A stretch of DNA of 64,000 bases, from NCBI GenBank assembly GCA_963784355.1, contig CAWAQU010000003.1, positions 96,001-160,000 on the forward strand, read 5' to 3'. The position numbers were made by a program, and so were the translations under genes. Under the pieces are notes generated by a model that saw nothing but the letters and a program-made list of their open reading frames with translations, was not told where the DNA came from and searched no databases. How positions within the stretch are numbered: the stretch's first letter is position 1; every line of letters starts with the position of its first letter. Source of the stretch: an uncultured bacterium. GTDB lineage: Bacteria > Patescibacteriota > JACMRA01. Below are positions 1 through 9,782 of the stretch, piece after piece.

Positions 1-1276
1 TTTTTATCTCAATCCCACCATTTTCCAGACTCTTTTTAGAAATAATAATTTGGACTGCACATCCTATTAAATCTGCATCTTTCAATTTCTCGCCCATACT
101 AATCCCCTGTCTGTCATCCCACAAAATTTCTTCAGCTGAGACCTTAGTATTTTCAACCAAATTGAAGGTTTTATCATCGTTTTCAACTAAACTAAATTTG
201 CCTAAATACAGATTTTGTGCTATACTTAGGATTTGATTATTTACATTTTCATCATCTTTTTCATTGATATTGGTAACAATGTGAAATTCAAAAGGCGCTA
301 CTGTTTTAGGCCATTTTAACCCTTTTTCGTCATTATATAATTCAGCAACTATGCCCATGCAGCGTGTAATACCAATACCATGAGCGCCCATTAATGGGTA
401 TTTATCTTCATTATTTTCATCTTTATAAGTTAGTTCAAAAGCTTTTGTGTATTTATCACCATATTTAAAGATATTTCCAACTTCAGCTGATACCGCCTTA
501 GTTAAATTGCTAGGTAAATCACCTTTTTGCTTTAAATCTTCATAAACTTCCATATTACAAGCAAAATTGCCCTCCTCGGAATACAGTATCTCATCTTCAC
601 CTGCCTCACATATAACTTGGAATTCATGGCTCATATTTTCAGTAAAAATTCCGCCACTTGCTTCTACTACATAAGCTTTCATGCCCATTTCAGTATAGCT
701 AGCCAGATAAGCCTGTTTAATCATTTCATAATATTTATCAAAAGATTCTTGGGTTCTATGAAAATCATACATATCTTTCATTTTAAACTCTCTGCCACGC
801 AGTATTCCGGATTTAGCTCTTAATTCATCTCTAAACTTAGTTTGTATTTGATATACAGATAAAGGTAATACATGATTTTCTGGATCTGTAATAGGTAAGT
901 CTTTCCATGATTTTATGAAATTTTTCGCAATAGGTACAACCTGCTCCTCATGACTGCAAGCAAGAGCGTATTCTGTTTTAGTTTGGCTTTCCAACTTGAA
1001 AAGAATATCAACACTATCCCATCTGCCTGTTGTTTCCCAAAAAGCTTTTGGATGTAAACTGTTCATCAGTATCTCCTGGCCGCCAATAGCATTCATATGC
1101 TTACGGACAATATTCTCAATTTTATTTAGCACCCTAAGCCCCAATGGTAGATATGAATATACCCCGGCCATGGTTTTATGCACAAATCCTGCTTTAATAA
1201 GAAGCTGAGCATTTTTACTGGTTTCATCTGCAGGTACATCTCTGCTTGTTTTAGTGAAAAGATTAGAAAGACGCAT
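1..1276 (-). CDS. proS: Prolyl-tRNA synthetase (3' end runs off the window)
   Basis: Manual translation from ATG at 1276: MRLSNLFTKTSRDVPADETSKNAQLLIKAGFVHKTMAGVYSYLPLG..., with EVGNIFKYG, MGAHGIGITR and WPKTVAPF motifs. Absent from the ORF track because there is no stop in the window. Confidence 0.95.
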   Translation of the reverse strand, partial: MRLSNLFTKTSRDVPADETSKNAQLLIKAGFVHKTMAGVYSYLPLGLRVLNKIENIVRKHMNAIGGQEILMNSLHPKAFWETTGRWDSVDILFKLESQTKTEYALACSHEEQVVPIAKNFIKSWKDLPITDPENHVLPLSVYQIQTKFRDELRAKSGILRGREFKMKDMYDFHRTQESFDKYYEMIKQAYLASYTEMGMKAYVVEASGGIFTENMSHEFQVICEAGEDEILYSEEGNFACNMEVYEDLKQKGDLPSNLTKAVSAEVGNIFKYGDKYTKAFELTYKDENNEDKYPLMGAHGIGITRCMGIVAELYNDEKGLKWPKTVAPFEFHIVTNINEKDDENVNNQILSIAQNLYLGKFSLVENDDKTFNLVENTKVSAEEILWDDRQGISMGEKLKDADLIGCAVQIIISKKSLENGGIEIK

Positions 1277-1410
1277 AATATGTTGTAATTATTTTGATTG
1301 ATAAGGTTTTAATTTTAAAAATATAATTTATCTTCAGTTTATCTAAAACAAATTTATCTTGGTCAACTCCTTAATTTATTTTAAATCTAATATAGACTTA
1401 AATTAAAAAC

Positions 1411-1430
1411 AAAAAATTCCCTATAAGGGA
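1411..1430 (-). terminator. Intrinsic terminator in the proS leader
   Basis: TCCCT-TAT-AGGGA followed by ATTTTTT on the minus strand. Confidence 0.7.
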
Positions 1431-1473
1431 TTGGAGTAAGCTTGAGCCAAAATAAAATAAATCCAGCCCAAGC

Positions 1474-1518
1474 CTATCTAGGCGGGAAATTAACTGAATT
1501 TAAGTTTGAATATTTCAT
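1474..1518 (-). CDS. Putative proS leader peptide MKYSNLNSVNFPPR (14 aa)
   Basis: ATG..TAG between a sigma70 promoter and a terminator; tandem Pro codons CCG CCT. Confidence 0.65.
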   Translation of the reverse strand: MKYSNLNSVNFPPR

Positions 1519-1527
1519 TACTCTTTA

Positions 1528-1557
1528 ATTATACCATAAATTGAAATCTGTTGTCAA
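1528..1557 (-). promoter_or_regulatory. Sigma70 promoter for the proS leader
   Basis: TTGACA-N18-TATAAT with extended -10 TG. Confidence 0.8.
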
Positions 1558-1632
1558 ATTCAACTAGTTTTTGTTAAAAATAATAATTACTCAAATTGAC
1601 ACCTTTTATAACATATTATAACCTTCGCTCAT

Positions 1633-2277
1633 ATGACAAATACAGACTACACAATTTATGTTGCAAACACGCCAAACGGTCAAAAACCTGTAATCCTGCT
1701 TGAAGAACTAGGTATAAATTATGATATTAAATTCGTAAATTTCGCTAAACAGCAACAACACGATGCAGAGTACGTAAAACTAAACCCAAATGGTAAAATT
1801 CCTACTTTAGTTGATCATACAAACGGTAATATAATTTTTGAATCTGCGGCAATTTTAATGTATCTTGCTGAAAAACATGAGCAGTTTTTACCTAAAGAAA
1901 TCAAAAGAAAATATGAGGTAATTGAATGGCTTTTCTTCCAAATGTCTGCCGTAGGACCGATGATGGGGCAACTAGGCCACTTCAAAAATTTTGCTCAAGA
2001 ACAAATTCCATATGCTATAAATCGCTATGAAACTGAAGTAAATAGATTGCTCAAGGTTTTGGATATTCAACTTGAAGGAAAAGAATTTATTGCCGGAGAA
2101 TATTCAATTGCGGATATAAATTTGTGGACCTGGATTAATAGCTACGGATTTCTAAAAATAAGCTTAGATGCTTATCCTTCTCTTAAACAATGGCACGCAA
2201 ACATGGCAGCCAACTCCAAAGTACAATCAGCTTTAGCTAAAATCAAAGAAAGGGAAATGGAAGCCAAAGGAAATTAA
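1633..2277 (+). CDS. Glutathione S-transferase family protein (YfcG/Ure2-like)
   Basis: TPNG, NPNGKIP, FESAAIL, GPMMGQ and SIADI motifs. Confidence 0.92.
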   Translation: MTNTDYTIYVANTPNGQKPVILLEELGINYDIKFVNFAKQQQHDAEYVKLNPNGKIPTLVDHTNGNIIFESAAILMYLAEKHEQFLPKEIKRKYEVIEWLFFQMSAVGPMMGQLGHFKNFAQEQIPYAINRYETEVNRLLKVLDIQLEGKEFIAGEYSIADINLWTWINSYGFLKISLDAYPSLKQWHANMAANSKVQSALAKIKEREMEAKGN

Positions 2278-2939
2278 TTATACCTACTCAAGTCCTCTTC
2301 TCTTCCGTCAGCTCCAACCTCAGCTTTATAATTTAATCCGTCTGCAAAAACCTTCCAGGAAGCCGGAATCTCTCTCAAAACTCCATACATCGTGGTTGAT
2401 AAATAGGCATCTCCAGCTATCTTATATTTTACCTCAAGCCCTACAGAATTGCATAAAAAAGTACTTCTAGGAATATGAAATAACTGAGTAACTACTACAA
2501 TGTTATCAAGCTTGAACACATTTTTGGCTCTCCAGCAGCTATCCACAGTACGCCTACCTGCATAATCAGCTATTACATCATCAGGTGGCACTTCTTTTGA
2601 AATCAAATAATCATACATCACCTGAGGCTCATTGTAATTCATTCTACGATTATCACCGGAGACTAAAATTTTAACCACTTCTTTTTTATTGTACATTTCA
2701 AGGGCAGAATCCAATCTTTCTTGTAAAATGTAGGAAGGGTTACAAACACTTAGTGATTCAGTGCGATCGCAGTAAACTCCCGCCCCTAAAACTAAAGCTA
2801 CTTTAAAATCTTTATTTTGATTTTGGCTAAAAGTAAATATGTTAAAAATCAGAAAAGGACCAACTAAAATTAGATAAATTGCCAAGCTGGTTTTAAGAAT
2901 TTTTATAAACATTATTGAATTATAGTTAATCAACTCCAC
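2274..2939 (-). CDS. SanA/YdcF (DUF218) family protein; start may be 2912
   Basis: VLGAG, VSGDN, DYAGRRT and TQxFHxPR motifs. Confidence 0.88.
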   Translation of the reverse strand: MELINYNSIMFIKILKTSLAIYLILVGPFLIFNIFTFSQNQNKDFKVALVLGAGVYCDRTESLSVCNPSYILQERLDSALEMYNKKEVVKILVSGDNRRMNYNEPQVMYDYLISKEVPPDDVIADYAGRRTVDSCWRAKNVFKLDNIVVVTQLFHIPRSTFLCNSVGLEVKYKIAGDAYLSTTMYGVLREIPASWKVFADGLNYKAEVGADGREEDLSRYN

Positions 2940-4477
2940 CTACCCCTATATTGTAAACTTTCTGCTAAATCTTTTAGTTCTATATTTTCGTGGCCAGCTA
3001 AATCAGCTATTGTTCGAGCCACTTTTAAAATGCGCATGTAGCTTCTGGCAGATAGTTTATATTTATCTACAGCTTGAGCTAGAATCTTTTCTCCTTGCAA
3101 GTCAAGCCGGCAGTATTTTTCTATCTGGGGTAAACTCATCTCAGAATTTGTATGAACATTTTGGTTATAAAATCTTTTAGTCTGAGTATCTCTAGCTTTT
3201 TGGACTCTTTGTCTAACTGTTTCAGAGTTCTCACCTAAAACTTTATTTTGTAGCTCATCTTTACTAGGCCTGTTTACTTCTACTTGCAAATCAATTCTAT
3301 CTAAAATCGGACCACTAAATTTAGCTTGATATCTAGCAATAGCTGCTCTATTTTGAGGTTTATTAAATCCGTCTGCATCGTTTGGATCGTATCCGCTTGG
3401 AGTTGGATTGGCAGCAGCTAAAAGGTAAAATCTACTTGGGTATATTACTGACCCCGAAGCTCTGGAAATAGTCACAAAACCGTCTTCCAAGGGCTGCCTT
3501 AGAGCTTCAATAGACTCACGGTTAAATTCCGGAAATTCATCTAAAAATAGCACTCCACGATGAGCCAAAGAGATTTCTCCCGGCCTCAATTTGGTTCCAC
3601 CGCCAACTAAAGAAATATGAGAAGAGGAATGGTGAGGAGATCTAAAAGGCCGCTTAGTAAACAAATTACCTCCATGCAAAAGCCCTGCTACAGAATATAT
3701 CTGAGTAACTTCCAATATCTCCTTTTCAGTAAGTCTTGGTAAGATAGTTGGGTAGCTTCTAGCAAGTAAAGTTTTTCCCGATCCCGGTTGTCCAATAAAC
3801 AGTACATTATGACCACCACTTGCAGCTATTTCTAGGGCTCTTTTAGCCATTTCTTGCCCCCTTACATAAGCTATGTCATTTATCAAAAGACCGTCTTCAG
3901 TCAAAAACTGCTTTTCATCACTTTCCAGATTTTCAAGATCCAAGGGAACAACCGGATCCAACTTGATTTCTTTATTTAAAAACCTAACTAGTGTATCTAG
4001 ATTTTCTATTGCAAATATTTCAATATCTTTAACCAAAGCCGCCTCAGTGACATTTGCTGCCGGTACAAAAACTTGCTTATAGCCTTGTTTTCTGGCCCAA
4101 AGACAAACCGTCAATACCCCTGTAACGGGTCTAAGTCTACCATCCAGTGACAATTCACCCAAGAATAGGGCTTTTTCTGGTAATTCCACACTAACATGAC
4201 CGGTCAATTTTAAAATACCTACAGCAATAGGCAAATCAAATCCTGAGCCCGATTTTACAATATCTGCGGGAGCAAGATTGATGGTAACTTTTCCCAGTGG
4301 AAACTCAAAACCGCTTTGTTTAAACCCGGATTTTATTCTTTCCTTGCTTTCTTGTATAGCCTTATCCGGCAAACCCACTACTACCACAGCCGGTAAACCT
4401 GGTGATAAATCGACTTCCACTTCTATTTCTCTAGCTTCTAATCCTAATGTGGTAGCCGTGAAGATTTTGGTAATCAT
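2930..4477 (-). CDS. comM: YifB/ComM Mg-chelatase-like AAA+ ATPase
   Basis: VGLPDKAIQES, GQPGSGKT, RSPHH and GEISLAHRGVLFLDE motifs; start placed at MITKIF. Confidence 0.95.
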   Translation of the reverse strand: MITKIFTATTLGLEAREIEVEVDLSPGLPAVVVVGLPDKAIQESKERIKSGFKQSGFEFPLGKVTINLAPADIVKSGSGFDLPIAVGILKLTGHVSVELPEKALFLGELSLDGRLRPVTGVLTVCLWARKQGYKQVFVPAANVTEAALVKDIEIFAIENLDTLVRFLNKEIKLDPVVPLDLENLESDEKQFLTEDGLLINDIAYVRGQEMAKRALEIAASGGHNVLFIGQPGSGKTLLARSYPTILPRLTEKEILEVTQIYSVAGLLHGGNLFTKRPFRSPHHSSSHISLVGGGTKLRPGEISLAHRGVLFLDEFPEFNRESIEALRQPLEDGFVTISRASGSVIYPSRFYLLAAANPTPSGYDPNDADGFNKPQNRAAIARYQAKFSGPILDRIDLQVEVNRPSKDELQNKVLGENSETVRQRVQKARDTQTKRFYNQNVHTNSEMSLPQIEKYCRLDLQGEKILAQAVDKYKLSARSYMRILKVARTIADLAGHENIELKDLAESLQYRGRWS

Positions 4478-4564
4478 GTGCTGAGCTAAGCCATTAAGTA
4501 GCAATTAGTCAAGAACTATATAAGTAGCAAAATCTATTTTAGAGGCAAGTAATACCAATATTAA

Positions 4565-5188
4565 TTAATTCCAAAATCTATCCACTTTACCGGGAAATAC
4601 CCTTAGAATAATTGTAGTGGCATAGATAAAAAGACTTGCCGGTGGACTAACTAAACCAACTAAAATTCCGGCTATATAAAAAGTTACAGCTGTCATCATA
4701 CGGTAATTCACACTCTTTATAAACTCTTTTGTGACCGAGCTATCCACCATTTTGTTTCTTGTAGCATATTGCCAAACGCCAAACAAACTACTAGAGCATA
4801 GTACTAAATTAAAACCGTAAATAATTACACTCACTTTCTCTAAAGGATAATCACCTAATAGAGCAGTTGAAAAAGGTACTAAACCAATAAACATTAAAAA
4901 TACTATGTTTAACCACAAAAATACCCGATTCCCTCTTGTTACAAAATTAATTTGATAATGATGTCCAATCCAATAGACCCCTAAAATTATAAAGCTAACT
5001 ACATAAGTAAATAGTTTTGGCCACAGATGAGACAATTCTTCAATTAAACCAGTAGTCAAGTTAGTATCATGAGCTACATCAGATATTTTTAGCTCTAGTA
5101 TGAGCAAAGTCATTACAATAGCAAAAACTCCATCACTCAAGCCTTCTATTCGATTTACTTTTAGTTCATTTTGTAACTGCTTAGGCAT
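4565..5188 (-). CDS. TMEM175 (DUF1211) potassium channel family protein
   Basis: RIEGLSDGVFAIVMTLL and WxxHH motifs. Confidence 0.9.
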   Translation of the reverse strand: MPKQLQNELKVNRIEGLSDGVFAIVMTLLILELKISDVAHDTNLTTGLIEELSHLWPKLFTYVVSFIILGVYWIGHHYQINFVTRGNRVFLWLNIVFLMFIGLVPFSTALLGDYPLEKVSVIIYGFNLVLCSSSLFGVWQYATRNKMVDSSVTKEFIKSVNYRMMTAVTFYIAGILVGLVSPPASLFIYATTIILRVFPGKVDRFWN

Positions 5189-5277
5189 GATAGAATTGAA
5201 TTGTATAGATTAAAATAATATTTCAACACTAGAGCAGATATAGATTCTAGTCAATTGCTTTTTAAGCAAGCGATTTA

Positions 5278-7113
5278 TTATATATTATTACAGTGAAATT
5301 CTATACTATATCTCTCCTCCGGAACTGCCTCAGCACCAATTAAAGTTTTTTGTTCTATCGAATGAATTTTAAAACTGGAAAGTTTTTTATTAGAATTTTC
5401 TAGAGTATCATTCCACTCTCTACACAAAAAATCAGAAAATAATTTGGTGTATAGGGACTTATCTGAATTTGCAGGATACTCAAGTAAGTAATTGCGCCAA
5501 CTCTGACTCCAAAATCTCCAAGGAGTTTCAGTCTGCCTGCTAAAACTAGGCTCACCGACCGTCTTACTCATCACATCAACTTTAGTACCGTCTACAAGCA
5601 CTCCGGGAATTACAAGCCAGCTGCTTACACTTGTCGGTCTAGAGGCAAACATTCCCCAATACTGATCTAAACGTAACGTGTAAACTGTTTGAGAGAAAAA
5701 TTTATCTGCAAAAAAATCTTTTTTAATAACATTACCAATATTCCAAAATAAGACTAATACAAGACAGGTAATTGCAAATCCTTGAGCTAGTAATTCTCCA
5801 AAGCGGGAATACACCTCCCTAGGTTTTATATAGTTTATAAAGTTTGAAATTTTATGTCTTTCACGTGCAATTATTGCATAAATTTTTGTGCCCAAACTAT
5901 ACAAAGGTTTTATTTTTAAAAGCCAAGCTAACCATCTAGTGAGCAGTTTATTTTCGAATATTTTTATAAAGGCATCTATTTTAAAGTATTTTTGTCCGGT
6001 TTCATCTTCCACTACAATCGAATTCATTGCCGGATCCAGATCATAAATTTCCTTATTATCTTGTATTGCAGACAGTTTTAAATTATTAGTTTTACCCAAA
6101 ATACAAACTCCTGTTTTGCAAAATTCACAAGAATTATCATAGTATATTTTTAGAGTTTGCTTGCTTTTAACAGCTCTCTTTTCTAAAAAGTCCCAAAAAG
6201 AACTAGGTAAAAACAATAACAGGCCTGCATAGCAAAAAAGTTGGAAAAGCCCAGCATACAGCATCAAGGATAGCATCCCATGAACATATGTGAAAAATAC
6301 AAATAGGCTTAAATAGCGCAGTTTTTTAGTGAAAATTGGAGAAAAGAGTAAAAGTGGCCCCAAGAATTGAAAATAAATATAAACGATAGTTCCCAATTTC
6401 ATAAGTACCGGGTAATCAAGCAAATAATATCCAAAAGGTGTTACTATATAGTTAACTTGCATGGAATATTCTACTGCAGTAAAACCCCGATTATAATTAA
6501 ACAAATCCAAAACATTATGTGTTTGTGCAAAAATACCCTTCCATTCAAATGAATCTTTTAAAAACCAATTTATTATATAGAATAAGAACATTTGTAGCAA
6601 AACAGCCACAGTAGCCACGGAAAGCCAGGTATTTTTCTTAATCTGCTCATTTACTTGCCAAATTGAATCTAGAGACCACTTTTTTCCAAGCGGAAGTAAC
6701 ATACCCCAAAATAGCAACATTCGAAATAGCTGATCACCGTAATTTAATACTAAGGGATTTCTATTTTGCAGAGAAACAAGTAAAAACCATGAAACCACTG
6801 TTGACAGCCTACTTCTATATCCAACTATTAATGAGAGAGCAAAAAATAACTGAATTGCAAATAAAAATACTTGAAACCAATAATTGCCACTTGCTAGATG
6901 TATTGAAATAAAACTGGGATTAATCAGCTCGAAAAAGCTATTCCTTGGAAGAATACCGCTGTCAGTGTAAAAAGCATACAGATTCAAAAATTTAGGACCT
7001 AAATATATTAAAATTGTGGTACCAAGTACAATTCTAAAAGCAGCTAATGCCCTTAAATCAATTGAAAATAAGTCTCTGAATTTTGACTTAAGTAAGTTAA
7101 ATGTTGGACGCAT
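5278..7113 (-). CDS. HTTM-domain membrane protein with DCC1-like (DUF393) thiol-disulfide domain
   Basis: DLRALAAFRI, SLQNRNP, WSLD, YYDNSCEFCK and LDQYWGMF motifs. Confidence 0.8.
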   Translation of the reverse strand: MRPTFNLLKSKFRDLFSIDLRALAAFRIVLGTTILIYLGPKFLNLYAFYTDSGILPRNSFFELINPSFISIHLASGNYWFQVFLFAIQLFFALSLIVGYRSRLSTVVSWFLLVSLQNRNPLVLNYGDQLFRMLLFWGMLLPLGKKWSLDSIWQVNEQIKKNTWLSVATVAVLLQMFLFYIINWFLKDSFEWKGIFAQTHNVLDLFNYNRGFTAVEYSMQVNYIVTPFGYYLLDYPVLMKLGTIVYIYFQFLGPLLLFSPIFTKKLRYLSLFVFFTYVHGMLSLMLYAGLFQLFCYAGLLLFLPSSFWDFLEKRAVKSKQTLKIYYDNSCEFCKTGVCILGKTNNLKLSAIQDNKEIYDLDPAMNSIVVEDETGQKYFKIDAFIKIFENKLLTRWLAWLLKIKPLYSLGTKIYAIIARERHKISNFINYIKPREVYSRFGELLAQGFAITCLVLVLFWNIGNVIKKDFFADKFFSQTVYTLRLDQYWGMFASRPTSVSSWLVIPGVLVDGTKVDVMSKTVGEPSFSRQTETPWRFWSQSWRNYLLEYPANSDKSLYTKLFSDFLCREWNDTLENSNKKLSSFKIHSIEQKTLIGAEAVPEERYSIEFHCNNI

Positions 7114-7167
7114 ACATTGTATTATACGTATTAGAATAACTCAACTAAATAAAAAGGTCAAATTAAA

Positions 7168-7869
7168 CTATGCCAAACACTGAAAAATCCTCAAATTAGG
7201 GTGTGCAAGCAAGAATTTAGCTGGAAACTCGACAGCTGATTTTTCTCCTTCCAACATTTCAGATAGGATATCACTTTTATTGTCTCCAGTAATGATCAAA
7301 AAAATTTCTTTACTGTTGAGTATACTCTCTACGGTCAAACTGATACGTTTGGTTACGCTAAAGTCCTTGGGTGCAGAGGTTTCAATTACTGTTTTTTCTT
7401 GGTGCTTTAAGTATTTTCCATTTGGAAACAAAGACGCAATATGTCCATCAGGCCCGACACCTAGAATAGTAAGATCAAAGTAAGGTCCATCCAAAGTTTC
7501 AAGCTTTTCAATGCACTCTTTTATTGTCATCTCAATTGGTAGCTTGGTATTAAAAAAATTCCATTCTTTTGCCTCTTTTACTGCAAGATCCAAACTATGA
7601 GCAATATTAAATTGATTTGATTCAGGATCAGTAGGAGCCACATAGCGCTCGTCTGTTTGATATATTTCAATTTTGTCCCATTCTAAAATAGGATTTAAAG
7701 AAATTCTTGAATAGAGAGGAAGTGGCGTTTTTCCACCTGATAAAGCAATTCTTGCTGAACCGTTTTGAGCAATAGCATCAAAAACTCGATCAACTAAAAA
7801 ATCTTCTACATCTTTGAAAAGTACATCTGGAGTTTCAAACTCAGTAACTGCAGGTCTATATATTTTCAT
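7168..7869 (-). CDS. pgl: 6-phosphogluconolactonase
   Basis: ALSGGKTP, DERYV and LGVGPDGHIASLFP motifs. Confidence 0.93.
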   Translation of the reverse strand: MKIYRPAVTEFETPDVLFKDVEDFLVDRVFDAIAQNGSARIALSGGKTPLPLYSRISLNPILEWDKIEIYQTDERYVAPTDPESNQFNIAHSLDLAVKEAKEWNFFNTKLPIEMTIKECIEKLETLDGPYFDLTILGVGPDGHIASLFPNGKYLKHQEKTVIETSAPKDFSVTKRISLTVESILNSKEIFLIITGDNKSDILSEMLEGEKSAVEFPAKFLLAHPNLRIFQCLA

Positions 7870-7870
7870 G

Positions 7871-8083
7871 CTATCTAAGGCTACTTAAGAAACTTATTAA
7901 AAAGGGATTAACTAAATATAAAATAATTGACAGTACAATACACCCTATACCTGGAGACAATAAATTAAAGCCCCCTTCCTTTTTGCCTCCACCAAAAATT
8001 AATCCAATCAAGCTAACTAAAACCAATATGATGCCTGCTGCTCCAAAAAAATATGGAAGCCGTGTTAAAATATTTTCAATCAT
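7871..8083 (-). CDS. Small two-TM hypothetical protein
   Basis: 70-aa ATG ORF with two hydrophobic segments, ending 1 nt before pgl. Confidence 0.7.
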   Translation of the reverse strand: MIENILTRLPYFFGAAGIILVLVSLIGLIFGGGKKEGGFNLLSPGIGCIVLSIILYLVNPFLISFLSSLR

Positions 8084-8092
8084 AAAATTAAA

Positions 8093-8193
8093 TTGTTTAT
8101 TAGTAATCAGAATACTTAGTTACTTGCAACGGAGTTAAAATCTGTAAGTTTTTGTTTCCAAAGCTTGCTTTGGTTTCTGATACTAGCTCATTT
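8093..8193 (+). repeat. Dispersed intergenic repeat, copy A
   Basis: 8147-8193 matches the reverse complement of 59627-59674 at 45/48; the full length aligns by eye with 40594-40692. Confidence 0.8.
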
Positions 8194-8217
8194 ACATGTT
8201 TGTTTATATAAATTCAA

Positions 8218-8293
8218 TGGTGGACCCGGTGGGATTCGAACCCACGACCAAAAGATTAAGAGTCTTCTGCTCTACCAACTGAGCTACAGATCC
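8218..8293 (-). tRNA. tRNA-Lys (anticodon CTT), CCA encoded
   Basis: GGATCTGTAGCTCAGTTGGTAGAGCAGAAGA-CTCTTAA-TCTTTTGGTCGTGGGTTCGAATCCCACCGGGTCCACCA cloverleaf. Confidence 0.97.
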
Positions 8294-8412
8294 AACATGT
8301 AAAAAATAGCTTCAGTTATCATGTTTTGTCAAGATTTGATTTGATGAGCTAGAATGAGTTTACTGGCCGAGATTTTGCCATCATTTCAGAGGAGACTAAA
8401 CAATGACATTAT

Positions 8413-9195
8413 ATGTTGACACAAGCTAAAAACTTAAATGTGCTAGATTCAACCAGATTAAGTGGAATAAAAATGATAAAATTAAATCGTAAATACAGCT
8501 ACTGGACTCAAGAACAATTAAATCAACTTGTCGAATTGTTTCAAACTAATATTAAATGGTATAATAAGTTACCAAAAATTGAAAGTGCAGAAGCAAAAGA
8601 AGAGTTGGTTTTTTTGATGCAGGAGCTTCTCGAGCAAAACGCAATGGCAATAGCCAATAATGGGCCCAACACTGACCAAGACCGCAAAGAAATTGATACA
8701 ATTATAATTCACCACACAAGTGGTACAGAAGAAATTATCAGTCTTCCAGTTGAGCAATACTTAGACTATGTGAATGCACTGCAATTGTTAAGACTTTATG
8801 CTTCAGTTCATGCCAATCCAAATTACCCTGATGAGTACAACAAACCAATCTGGTCTAACCATTTCTATGAAGGCAAACAAACTTTTATTGCTTATCATTG
8901 GTTAATATGGCGAAGTGGTGAAAGCCGCCAGGTACTTCAAGATCACCAAATAGGCTGGCAAGCAGGAAATTGGACTTCCAACTGCAGAAGTATAGCAATT
9001 GCTTTTGTTGATAATCTAGAAGAGGCTGGCCCAACAGAGGAAGCTTTGACCACTGCTTCAAAAATCATTAAACAGTATAAAGAGAAGTATCCAATAACCC
9101 AGATTCTTGCCCATAAGGAAGTAAATACAAAAACTTCATGTCCAGGAGGTAAATTTGATGGTGAAAATGGATGGAAGAACCAATTAATTGCTTAA
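8413..9195 (+). CDS. N-acetylmuramoyl-L-alanine amidase (Amidase_2/PGRP-like); start may be 8473
   Basis: IIIHHT, AYHWLI, WQAGNW, SIAIAF and HKEV..TSCPG zinc-ligand pattern. Confidence 0.85.
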   Translation: MLTQAKNLNVLDSTRLSGIKMIKLNRKYSYWTQEQLNQLVELFQTNIKWYNKLPKIESAEAKEELVFLMQELLEQNAMAIANNGPNTDQDRKEIDTIIIHHTSGTEEIISLPVEQYLDYVNALQLLRLYASVHANPNYPDEYNKPIWSNHFYEGKQTFIAYHWLIWRSGESRQVLQDHQIGWQAGNWTSNCRSIAIAFVDNLEEAGPTEEALTTASKIIKQYKEKYPITQILAHKEVNTKTSCPGGKFDGENGWKNQLIA

Positions 9196-9207
9196 GAAAA
9201 GTTGATT

Positions 9208-9699
9208 CTAAACTACCTTTTTCACAAACTCAAACCCGGATTTTTGAAAACCAATATTTCCGTAAAACCTATTTGCAGCCAAATTTGGGCTTGCCATCTC
9301 CACTTGAATCATAGCGCATCTATTTTCTTTAAAATAGCTTTCTACATATTCAATCAACTTCCTACCTACCCCAAGATTTTGAAACTCCGTCTCCACAAAT
9401 ATCTCTAATATTTTTCCATATTTAGTAGAGTTTTTTACATTCTCACTTTGAGTGCTAAATTCTATTACACCCACAATCAAACCAACTTTTTGTCCACCAA
9501 CCTCAGCAAAAAATATTTTCCCCAACTTATTATTAAACTTATCCAATATTTTAGGAATGCTCAGTTTTTTTGAATTGTTTCCACGATATGAAAGTTTCCA
9601 TGGGTCTAGTAAGCCAGCATAATCTTCCAATTCTGCAATTGTTTCTACAAGCATCTTCTTATCCTCACTTTTATACTCTATAATTTTAATATCATTCAT
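9208..9699 (-). CDS. GNAT family N-acetyltransferase
   Basis: FVxxxFQNLGVGRKL and NxxAxxFYxxxGF motifs. Confidence 0.88.
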   Translation of the reverse strand: MNDIKIIEYKSEDKKMLVETIAELEDYAGLLDPWKLSYRGNNSKKLSIPKILDKFNNKLGKIFFAEVGGQKVGLIVGVIEFSTQSENVKNSTKYGKILEIFVETEFQNLGVGRKLIEYVESYFKENRCAMIQVEMASPNLAANRFYGNIGFQKSGFEFVKKVV

Positions 9700-9782
9700 A
9701 GACCAATTTTGAGCTTATTGTGTGATAACAAGTTAGAAGCAAATCTTATATTTTAGCAAGTTTTGTCAGACCCTCTTTAAAT

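Noticed and set aside
617-1208. Plus-strand ORFs 617-823 and 996-1208, and the many other short antisense ORFs in the track
   Set aside because: They are shadows of proS or other well-supported genes on the opposite strand and have no recognisable motifs.
8147-8193. Repeat starting GTTTTTGT as a CRISPR repeat
   Set aside because: Copies are tens of kb apart, with no spacer periodicity and no cas genes.
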